32,000 nt of DNA, taken from assembly GCA_027925225.1 (NCBI GenBank), contig AP027131.1, positions 420,001 through 452,000 on the forward strand. The letters are read 5' to 3'. The translations under genes and the position numbers were made by a program. A model generated the notes under the pieces. The model was not told the origin of the DNA. It saw only the letters and a list, made by a program, of their open reading frames with translations, and did no database searches. The stretch comes from Candidatus Saccharimonadota bacterium. Its GTDB lineage: Bacteria > Bacillota_I > Bacilli_A > Mycoplasmatales > Hepatoplasmataceae. Positions 11,881 through 22,916 of the stretch are shown here, one piece after another. The number at the start of each line of letters is the position of its first letter. Positions within the stretch are counted from its first letter, which is position 1.

Positions 11881-13680
11881 ATGATAAGATTAAAGAATTT
11901 ATATTTTTTGTTTTCTTTTTTTATAATTTTTACTTTTTTTTGAGGTAGCGGTAATCTTTATTTTAAAAATAAAGATTCTTTTAATTATGAAAATAATTCT
12001 TCTTTACAAGATGTTAATGATTTAAATAATCCTTATATTGAAAAAAATGGTTTTGAAATAAACAGCTGAGAGGCAGAAACTTCCTCTGTAATTTTTACTT
12101 TAACTATTGTAGGTGATTGAATAGTTAAACCTATAAATGTTTCACTTTATAATGATGAAGAATTAATTTCTGTAACCGCAAACAATATAAGCTCTCATGT
12201 TATTGATACAGATAATAATGAAGTAGAATATGGATATAGAATACAAGGATTAGATATTGCCAATAGCAATGAATACACTTTTTATTCTTTAGATAATACA
12301 AATTTAGCAATAGAAGATAATGGCGATTCTATTGATGATCAAATTTTGCTTAGCGAAGAATTGAATGTTACAAATGAACTTACATTTAGTTTAAGTACTA
12401 CTAATAATGCTTATACTAGTGATAATAATAGTAGTGGTAAAGGAGAAGTAGGAATATTTAGAACTTCTAATAAAGATGTTGTTTTTAGCATTTTAATATC
12501 AGACAATTGAGCTGTTCAAGACAGTTTACGTCTTATTTTGCGGCGTAATTTAAATGGAGTTGTTTCTAAGTTTAATGTTAATGCTAATTTATTATATGAA
12601 GAAGATTTAGAGGGTGAATTTACTAGATTTTATTATGTTATTACTGATAATACTAGTCATATAGTAGCAGGCACAAGTTATAAATTTTTTGTTGATACAA
12701 TTTATGCATCAGCTTGTCTAGCATTAGGAGAATCTACTAATGTAGTAAAAGATATTGCAGTTGACAATAATTCTTTTTCCTTTGAAAATCCTTACATAGT
12801 GGAAAATAGCTTTGAAATTTTAAATGATTCAACTGATTATTCAATAAAATTTCAAATAGGTTTAATAAATAATCAACATAAAGATTTTGACACTTCTTCA
12901 CCATTAAATGTGACACTAAAAGATATAGAAGGAAATAATTATTCAACAACTGCAAATTATGTAAGCGTGGGTTCAGAAAGTAATACTTATATTTATGAAA
13001 TAACAGAACTTGAAAATAATAAACCTTTAAATATTAGCACTAATTATTCTATTTTTTCAATAGATAATGAATGACTTGCTGTTGGAAGTAATATAAATGA
13101 TATTGATAATGAAATTTTAATAGAAGATGATTTGGGCGCAGAAGGGAATTTTACAACTGCTAATGCTTATATTATAGAAAATGGTTTTAAAATTGTTGAA
13201 TATAATGATACATCTGTAAAATATGCAATAACTGTAGAAGGGTGAGAAAATGATTATAAAAATTATGAAAATGAAATTGATGTAAGATTAATTTCTGAAG
13301 ATAATTCCGAAGGTGAAATATATCAATCAAAATTTATTGAAAAAAATGGTAATGAATACACTTATGAAATAACAGGATTAAATGAGGAGACAAGTTATAC
13401 ATTTTATTCACTAGAAAATACAAAACTTTCAATAAATGATAAAGCAACGCCAATCGATGAAGAAATAATCTTAGAAGAAGATTTAGGAATTTATTCATCC
13501 TTCTTAATATTTAAAACAGAGAAAACAAAAATCCCAAGTTATGTTTGAATAATATTAGCAATAATAATTATGTTAATAATTATTATTGGTATCTTTATTC
13601 TTATAAGAATTTTAAATAGAAATAAAAGAGAGAGAGAAGAGTTTAATGAATTATTAAACGAAGATATAAAATCTAAATAA
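11881..13680 (+). CDS. Arrayed surface protein, copy A (intact, 599 aa): signal peptide, 4 modules, C-terminal TM anchor
   Basis: Frame 1 from ATG 11881 to TAA 13678-13680, with only TGA (Trp) internal stops. N-terminus MIRLKNLYFLFSFFIIFTFFWGSG has no Cys lipobox. C-terminus is ...FKTEKTKIPSYVW-IILAIIIMLIIIIGIFILIRIL-NRNKREREEFNELLNEDIKSK. It contains track ORF 12538..13074. Confidence 0.85.
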
Positions 13681-13753
13681 CTTCTTAATCTTATTAAAGA
13701 TACAAAAAATGATCATTATAACAAAAAAATAAAAAATATTATATAATTTATTT

Positions 13754-15555
13754 GTGATAAGATTAAAAAATTTATATTTTTTGTTTTCTTTTTTTATAAT
13801 TTTTACTTTTTTTTGAGGTGGCAATAATCTTTATTTTAAAAATAAAGATTCTTTTAATTATGAAAATAATTCTTCTTTACAAGATGTTAATGATTTAAAT
13901 AATCCTTATATTGAAAAAAATGGTTTTGAAATAAACAGCTGAGAGGCAGAAACTTACTCTGTAATTTTTACTTTAACTATTGTAGGTGATTGAACAATTG
14001 AACCTATAAATGTTTCACTTTATAATGATGAAGAATTAATTTCTGTAACTGCAAGCAATATAAGCTCTCATGTTATTGATACAGATAATAATGAAGTAGA
14101 ATATGGATATAGAATAGAAGGATTAGATATTACTAATAGCAATGAATACACTTTTTATTCTTTAGATAATACAAATTTAGCAATAGAAGATAATGGTGAT
14201 GCTATTGATGATCAAATTTTGCTTAGCGAAGAATTGAATGTTACAAATGAACTTACATTTAGTTTAAGCACTACTAATAATGCTTATATTAGTGATAATG
14301 GTAATGGTCAAGCAGAAATAGAAATATTAAGAACTTCTCTAGTCAATATGTTGTTTTTAGTCTTTTAATATCAGACAACTGAGCTGTTCAAGATAAATTA
14401 TATCTTCATATAAGTCGCGTTAAGTCTCAAACTTCCTCTGCTTTTAGTATATACAGTTATTTTTTATTTGAGGAAGATTTAGAGGGCGAATTTAATAAAT
14501 TTTATTATTTTATTGATGCTAATGATGCTAGTGCAATGGTTGCAGGTAAAAGTTATACTTATCATTTTAAAGAAATTTATTCAATTTCTTACTTAGCATT
14601 AGAATCTAATAGAGCAATAAAAACTATTCCAATAGGAGGTAATAGTTTTTATTTTGAAAGTCCTTACATAGTAGAAAATAATTTTGAAATTTTAAATGAT
14701 TTAACTGATTATTCAATAAAATTTCAAATAAGTGTAGTAAATAATGATTCTGGAGATTTTGATCCTTCTTCACCATTAAATGTGACACTAAAAGATATAG
14801 AAGGAAATAATTATTCAACAACTGCAAATTATGTAAGTGCGGGTTCAGAAAGTAATACTTATATTTATGAAATAACAGAACTTGAAAATAATAAACCTTT
14901 AAATGTTAGCACTAATTATTCTATTTTTTCAATAGATAATGAATGACTTGCTGTTGGAAGTAATATAAATCCAATTGATTTAGAAATCTTAATTACTGAT
15001 CAATTAAATGGTGATGGAAATTTTAAAACTGCTAATGCTTATATTTTAGAAGAAGGTTTTAAAATTGTTGAATATAATGATACATCTGTAAAATATACAA
15101 TAACTGTAGAAGGATGAGAAAATGATTATAAAAATTATGAAGAAAATGAAATTTATGCAAAATTAATTTCTGAAGATAATGCTGAAGGTAATACATATAA
15201 ATCAAAGTTTATTGAAAAAAATGGTAATGAATACACTTATGAAATAACAGGATTAAATGATGAGACAAGTTATACATTTTATTCACTAGAAAATACAAAT
15301 CTTTCAATAAATGATAAAGCAGCACCAGTTGATGAAGAAATAATATTAACAGAAGATTTAGGAATTGATTCATCCTTCTTAATATTTAAAACAGAGAAAA
15401 CCAAAATTCCAAATTATGTTTGAATAATATTAGCAATAATAATTATGTTGATAATTATTATTGGTATCTTTATTCTTATAAGAATTTTAAACAGAAATAA
15501 AAGAGAAAGAGAAGAGTTTAATGAATTATTAAACGAAGATATAAAATCTAAATAA
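13754..15555 (+). pseudogene. Arrayed surface protein, copy B, disrupted by a net +2 frameshift near 14339-14347
   Basis: GTG 13754 (frame 2) reads normally until acttct|ctagtcaatatgttg, where other copies have acttct|aataaagatgttg. It then stops at TAA 14366-14368. The homologous reading continues in frame 1 (open from 14305; first ATG 14536 = track ORF 14536..14946) to TAA 15553-15555. The footprint is 1802 nt against 1800 in intact copies. Confidence 0.75.
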
Positions 15556-15576
15556 AGAATGTTATATAATTTATTT

Positions 15577-17376
15577 ATGATAAGATTAAAAAATTTATAT
15601 TTTTTGTTTTCTTTTTTTATAATTTTTACTTTTTTTTGAGGTAGCAGTAATCTTTATTTTAAAAATAAAGATTCTTTTAATTATGAAAATAATTCTTCTT
15701 TACAAGATGTTAATGATTTAAATAATCCTTATATTGAAAAAAATGGTTTTGAAATAAAAAGTTGAGAAGCAGAAACTTCCTCTGTAATTTTTACTTTAAC
15801 TATTGTAGGTGATTGAATAGTTAAACCTATAAATGTTTCACTTTATAATGATGAAGAATTAATTTCTGTAACTGCAAGCAATATAAGCTCTCATGTTATT
15901 GATACAGACAATAATGAAGTAGAATATGGATATAGAATACAAGGATTAGATATTACTAATAGCAATGAATACACTTTTTATTCTTTAGATAATACAAATT
16001 TAGCAATAGAAGATAATGGTGATTCTATTGATGATCAAATTTTACTTAGCGAAGAATTGAATGTTACAAATGAACTTACATTTGATTTAAGTACTACTAA
16101 TAATGCTTATACCAGTGATAGTGCTAATAACGGTCAAGGAGAAGTAAAAATATTAATAACTTCTAATAAAAATGTTGTTTTTAGCATTTTAATATCAGAC
16201 AACTGAGCCGTTCAAGACAAATTATATATTAATATTCAGCGTAATTGAACTGGAAGTGTTCTTAGGTTTAATGTTTATGCTAATTTATTATATGAAGAAG
16301 ATTTAGAGGGTGAATTTACTAATTTTTATTATGTTATTACTGATAATAATAATAATATAGTACCAGGTACATATTATAGTTATAAGGTTCATTATGTTTA
16401 TTCGCCAGCTTATCTAGCATTAAGAGAATCTAGTAATGTAGTAAAAGATATTGTAATAGACACTAATACTTTTTACTTTGAAAGTCCTTACATAGTGGAA
16501 AATAGCTTTGAAATTTTAAATGATTCAACTGATTATTCAATAAAATTTCAAATAGGTTTAATAAATAATCGCCATAAAGATTTTGATCCTTCTAAATCCT
16601 TAAATGTAACATTAAAAGATATAGAAGGAAATAATTATTCAACAACTGCAAATTATGTAAGTGCGGGTTCAGAAAGTAATACTTATATTTATGAAATAAC
16701 AGAACTTGAAAATAATAAACCTTTAAATGTTAGCACTAATTATTCTATTTTTTCAATAGATAATGAATGACTTGCTGTTGGAAGTAATATAAATGATATT
16801 GATAATGAAATTTTATTAGAAGATGATTTGGGAGCAGAAGGTAGTTTTACAACTGCTAATGCTTATATTTTAGAAGAAGGTTTTAAAATTATTGAGTATA
16901 ATGATACATCTGTAAAATATACAATAACTGTAGAAGGATGAGAAAATGATTATAAAAATTATGAAAATGAAATTGATGTAAGATTGATTTCTGAAGATAA
17001 TTCTGAAGGTGATATATATCAATCAAAATTTATTGAAAAAAATGGTAATGAATACACTTATGAAATAACAGGATTAAACGATGAGACAAGTTATACATTT
17101 TATTCACTAGAAAATACAAAACTTTCAATAAATGATAAAGCAACGCCAATTGATGAAGAAATAATATTAACAGAAGATTTAGGAATTGATTCATCTTTCT
17201 TAATATTTAAAACAGAGAAAACCAAAATTCCAAATTATGTTTGAATAATATTAGCAATAATAATTATGTTAATAATTATTATTGGCATAATTATTCTTAT
17301 AAGAATTTTAAATAGAAATAAAAGAGAAAAAAGAGAGTTTAATGAATTATTAAACGAAGATATAAAATCTAAATAA
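15577..17376 (+). CDS. Arrayed surface protein, copy C (intact, 599 aa)
   Basis: Frame 1 from ATG 15577 to TAA 17374-17376. It includes track ORFs 16495..16770 and 16984..17244, joined by TGA=Trp. The architecture matches copy A, with a unique central cassette. Confidence 0.85.
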
Positions 17377-17450
17377 CTTCTTAATTTTATTAAAGATATA
17401 GAAAAACAATAATTATAACAAAATAATAAAAAATATTATATAATTTAGTT

Positions 17451-19226
17451 ATGATAAGATTAAAAAATTTATATTTTTTGTTTTCTTTTTTTATAATTTT
17501 TACTTTTTTTTGAGGTAGCAGTAATCTTTATTTTAAAAATAAAGATTCTTTTAATTATGAAAATAATTCTTCTTTACAAGATGTTAATGATTTAAATAAT
17601 CCTTATATTGAAAAAAATGGTTTTGAAATAAACAGCTGAGAGGCAGAAACTTACTCTGTAATTTTTACTTTAACTATTGTAGGTGATTGAACAGTTGAAC
17701 CTATAAATGTTTCACTTTATAATGATGAAGAATTAATTTCTGTAACTGCAAGCAATATAAGCTCTCATGTTATTGATACAGATAATAATGAAGTAGAATA
17801 TGGATATAGAATAGAAGGATTAGATATTACTAATAGCAATGAATACACTTTTTATTCTTTAGATAATACAAATTTAGCAATAGAAGATAATGATGATGTT
17901 ATTGATGATCAAATTTTACTTAGCGAAGAATTGAATGTTACAAATGAACTTACATTTGATTTAAGCACTACTAATAATGCTTATACTAGTGATAATAATA
18001 GTAGCGGCAAAGGAGAAATAGAAGTATTAAGGACTTCTAATAAAGATGTTGTTTTTAGTGTTTTAATATCAGACAATTGAGCTGTTCAAGACAGTTTATA
18101 TCTTCATATTGAGCGTCATTGAAGTGGAAGTGTTTCTAGATTTAGTGTTTATGCTAATTTATTATATGAAGAAGATATAGGGGGTGAATTTACTAAATTT
18201 TATTATGTTATTCATGATACTTCTGGAGCAATAGAACCAGGTACATATTATAATTATAGAATTGAGTATATTTATTCAACAGCTCATCTAGCATTAGGAG
18301 GATCTACTAATGTAGCACAAAATATTACAATAGACACTAATATTTTTTACTATAACAGTCCTTATATAGTAAATAATAGTTTTGAAATTTTAAATGATTC
18401 AACTGATTATTCAATAGAATTTCAAATAGGTTTAATAAATAATAGCCATGCAGATTTTGACGCTTCTTCACCATTAAATGTGACACTAAAAGATATAGAA
18501 GGAAATAATTATTCAACAACTGCAAATTATGTAAGCACGGGTTCAGAAAGTAATACTTATATTTATGAAATAACAGAACTTGAAAATAATAAACCTTTAA
18601 ATGTTAGCACTAATTATTCTATTTTTTCAATAGATAATGAATGACTTGCTGTTGGAAGTAATATAAATGATATTGATAATGAAATTTTAATAGAAGATGA
18701 TTTGGGCGCAGAAGGGAATTTTACAACTGCTAATGCTTATATTATAGAAAATGGTTTTAAAATTGTTGAATATAATGATACATCTGTAAAATATGCAATA
18801 ACTGTAGAAGGGTGAGAAAATGATTATAAAAATTATGAAAATGAAATTGATGTAAGATTAATTTCTGAAGATAATTCCGAAGGTGATATATATCAATCAA
18901 AATTTATTGAAAAAAATGGTAATGAATACACTTATGAAATAACAGGATTAAACGATGAGACAAGTTATACATTTTATTCACTAGAAAATACAAAACTTTC
19001 AATAAATGATAAAGCAACGCCAATTGATGAAGAAATAATATTAACAGAAGATTTAGGAATTGATTCATCCTTCTTAATATTTAAAACAGAGAAAACCAAA
19101 ATTCCAAGTTATGTTTGAATAATATTAGCAATAATAATTATGTTAATAATTATTATTGGCATAATTATTCTTATAAGAATTTTAAATAGAAATAAAAGAG
19201 AAAAAGAGAGTTTAATGAATTATTAA
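17451..19226 (+). CDS. Arrayed surface protein, copy D (591 aa; cytoplasmic tail altered by an A6->A5 frameshift)
   Basis: Frame 0 from ATG 17451. All modules and the TM helix are intact. The poly-A run is A5 at 19201-19205, against A6 in copies C, E, F and G. This shifts the tail to ...NRNKREKESLMNY, stopping at TAA 19224-19226 instead of the family stop at 19247-19249. Confidence 0.75.
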
Positions 19227-19270
19227 ACGAAGATATAAAATCTAAATAAAGGATATTATATAATTTATTT

Positions 19271-21070
19271 ATGGTAAAATTAAAAAATTTATATTTTTTG
19301 TTTTCTTTTTTTATAATTTTTACTTTTTTTTGAGGTAGCGGTAATCTTTATTTTAAAAATAAAGATTCTTTTAATTATGAAAATAATTCTTCTTTACAAG
19401 ATGTTAATGATTTAAATAATCCTTATATTGAAAAAAATGGTTTTGAAATAAACAGCTGAGAGGCAGAAACTTCCTCTGTAATTTTTACTTTAACTATTGT
19501 AGGTGATTGAATAGTTAAACCTATAAATGTTTCACTTTATAATGATGAAGAATTAATTTCTGTAACCGCAAACAATATAAGCTCTCATGTTATTGATACA
19601 GATAATAATGAAGTAGAATATGGATATAGAATACAAGGATTAGATATTGCCAATAGCAATGAATACACTTTTTATTCTTTAGATAATACAAATTTAGCAA
19701 TAGAAGATAATGGCGATTCTATTGATGATCAAATTTTGCTTAGCGAAGAATTGAATGTTACAAATGAACTTACATTTAGTTTAAGTACTACTAATAATGC
19801 TTATACTAGTGATAATAATAGTAGTGGTAAAGGAGAAGTAGGAATATTTAGAACTTCTAATAAAGATGTTGTTTTTAGCATTTTAATATCAGACAATTGA
19901 GCTGTTCAAGACAGTTTACGTCTTATTTTGCGGCGTAATTTAAATGGAGTTGTTTCTAAGTTTAATGTTAATGCTAATTTATTATATGAAGAAGATTTAG
20001 AGGGTGAATTTACTAGATTTTATTATGTTATTACTGATAATACTAGTCATATAGTAGCAGGCACAAGTTATAAATTTTTTGTTGATACAATTTATGCATC
20101 AGCTTGTCTAGCATTAGGAGAATCTACTAATGTAGTAAAAGATATTGCAGTTGACAATAATTCTTTTTCCTTTGAAAATCCTTACATAGTGGAAAATAGC
20201 TTTGAAATTTTAAATGATTCAACTGATTATTCAATAAAATTTCAAATAGGTTTAATAAATAATCAACATAAAGATTTTGACACTTCTTCACCATTAAATG
20301 TGACACTAAAAGATATAGAAGGAAATAATTATTCAACAACTGCAAATTATGTAAGCGTGGGTTCAGAAAGTAATACTTATATTTATGAAATAACAGAACT
20401 TGAAAATAATAAACCTTTAAATATTAGCACTAATTATTCTATTTTTTCAATAGATAATGAATGACTTGCTGTTGGAAGTAATATAAATGATATTGATAAT
20501 GAAATTTTAATAGAAGATGATTTGGGAGCAGAAGGGAATTTTACAACTGCTAATGCTTATATTTTAGAAGAAGGTTTTAAAATTGTTGAGTATAATGATA
20601 CATCTGTAAAATATACAATAACTGTAGAAGGATGAGAAAATGATTATAAAAATTATGAAAATGAAATTGATGTAAGATTAATTTCTGAAGATAATTCCGA
20701 AGGTGAAATATATCAATCAAAATTTATTGAAAAAAATGGTAATGAATACACTTATGAAATAACAGGATTAAATGAGGAGACAAGTTATACATTTTATTCA
20801 CTAGAAAATACAAAACTTTCAATAAATGATAAAGCAACGCCAATCGATGAAGAAATAATATTAACAGAAGATTTAGGAATTGATTCATCCTTCTTAATAT
20901 TTAAAACAGAGAAAACCAAAATTCCAAGTTATGTTTGAATAATATTAGCAATAATAATTATGTTAATAATTATTATTGGCATAATTATTCTTATAAGAAT
21001 TTTAAATAGAAATAAAAGAGAAAAAAGAGAGTTTAATGAATTATTAAACGAAGATATAAAATCTAAATAA
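19271..21070 (+). CDS. Arrayed surface protein, copy E (intact, 599 aa)
   Basis: Frame 2 from ATG 19271 to TAA 21068-21070. It contains track ORF 19928..20464, whose protein is identical to 12538..13074 of copy A. Confidence 0.85.
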
Positions 21071-21091
21071 AGGATATTATATAATTTATTT

Positions 21092-22895
21092 ATGGTAAAA
21101 TTAAAAAATTTATATTTTTTGTTTTCTTTTTTTATAATTTTTACTTTTTTTTGAGGTAGCGGTAATCTTTATTTTAAAAATAAAGATTCTTTTAATTATG
21201 AAAATAATTCTTCTTTACAAGATGTTAATGATTTAAATAATCCTTATATTGAAAAAAATGGTTTTGAAATAAACAGCTGAGAGGCAGAAACTTACTCTGT
21301 AATTTTTACTTTAACTATTGTAGGTGATTGAACAGTTGAACCTATAAATGTTTCACTTTATAATGATGAAGAATTAATTTCTGTAACCGCAAGCAATATA
21401 AGCTCTCATATTATTGATACAGATAATAATGAAGTAGAATATGGATATAGAATAGAAGGATTAGATATTACTAATAGCAATGAATACACTTTTTATTCTT
21501 TAGATAATACAAATTTAGCAATAGAAGATAATGGTGATGTTATTGATGATCAAATTTTACTTAGCGAAGAATTGAATGTTACAAATGAACTTACATTTGA
21601 TTTAAGTACTAATAATAATGCTTATACCAGCGATAATAATAGTAGCGGTAAAGGAGAAATAGGAATATTTAGAACTTCTAATAAAGATGTTGTTTTTAGT
21701 ATTTTGATATCAGACAACTGAGCCGTTCAAGACAATTTACATCTTATTTTGCGGCGTAATTTAAATGGAAATATTTTTACGTTTAGTGTTTATGTTAATT
21801 TATTATATGAAGAAGATTTAGAGGGTGAATTTACTAAATTTTATTATGTTATTAATGATGGTGATAGCAATTCAATAGAACCAGGTACAAATTATAAATT
21901 TTTTGTTGATACAATTTACTCATCAGCTTATCTAGCATTAGGAGAATCTACTAATGTAGTAAAATCTATTGCAATTGACAATAATTCTTTTTCCTTTGTG
22001 AGTCCTTACATAGTGGAAAATAGTTTTGAAATTTTAAATGATTCAACTGATTATTCAATAAAATTTCAAATAGGTTTAGTAAATGATCAAAATGGAGATT
22101 TTGATACTTCTTCACCATTAAATGTGACACTAAAAGATATAGAAGGAAATAATTATTCAACAACTGCAAATTATGTAAGCACGGGTTCAGAAAGTAATAC
22201 TTATATTTATGAAATAACAGAACTTGAAAATAATAAACCTTTAAATGTTAGCACTAATTATTCTATTTTTTCAATAGATAATGAATGACTTGCTGTTGGA
22301 AGTAATATAAATGATATTGATAATGAAATTTTAATAGAAGATGATTTGGGCGCAGAAGGGAATTTTACAACTGCTAATGCTTATATTATAGAAAATGGTT
22401 TTAAAATTGTTGAATATAATGATACATCTGTAAAATATGCAATAACTGTAGAAGGGTGAGAAAATGATTATAAAAATTATGAAAATGAAATTGATGTAAG
22501 ATTAATTTCTGAAGATAATTCCGAAGGTGATATATATCAATCAAAATTTATTGAAAAAAATGGTAATGAATACACTTATGAAATAACAGAGATTAAACGA
22601 TGAGACAAGTTATACATTTTATTCACTAGAAAATACAAAACTTTCAATAAATGATAAAGCAACGCCAATTGATGAAGAAATAATATTAACAGAAGATTTA
22701 GGAATTGATTCATCCTTCTTAATATTTAAAACAGAGAAAACCAAAATTCCAAGTTATGTTTGAATAATATTAGCAATAATAATTATGTTAATAATTATTA
22801 TTGGCATAATTATTCTTATAAGAATTTTAAATAGAAATAAAAGAGAAAAAAGAGAGTTTAATGAATTATTAAACGAAGATATAAAATCTAAATAA
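21092..22895 (+). pseudogene. Arrayed surface protein, copy F, +1 frameshift at ~22589; predicted product lacks the membrane anchor
   Basis: Frame 2 from ATG 21092 (contains track ORF 21749..22288). At 22586-22594 it reads acagagatt where all other copies read acaggatt. The frame then runs ...YEITEIKRWDKLYILFTRKYKTFNKW and stops at TAA 22655-22657. The homologous frame (0) continues to the family stop at 22893-22895. Confidence 0.75.
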
Positions 22896-22916
22896 AGAAT
22901 GTTATATAATTTATTT

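Noticed and set aside
12737-12955. Recurrent 62-72-aa minus-strand ORFs (MQLLNNYFLLYLLVSHLMVKK...) at 12737..12955, 14624..14827, 18337..18525, 20127..20345, 21966..22169 and 23803..23991, which look like a conserved antisense gene family
   Set aside because: They lie antisense to the most conserved module of the arrayed genes, so their conservation is inherited from the sense strand. The sense frame has clear protein-like features and continuity under code 4. The antisense products are low-complexity L/N/Y-rich with no start context.
13686-13702. Small hairpin (atctt-atta-aagat) in the long inter-copy spacers as a terminator
   Set aside because: It has only a 5-bp all-weak stem with no following T run. 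Such a hairpin is expected by chance in DNA this AT-rich.
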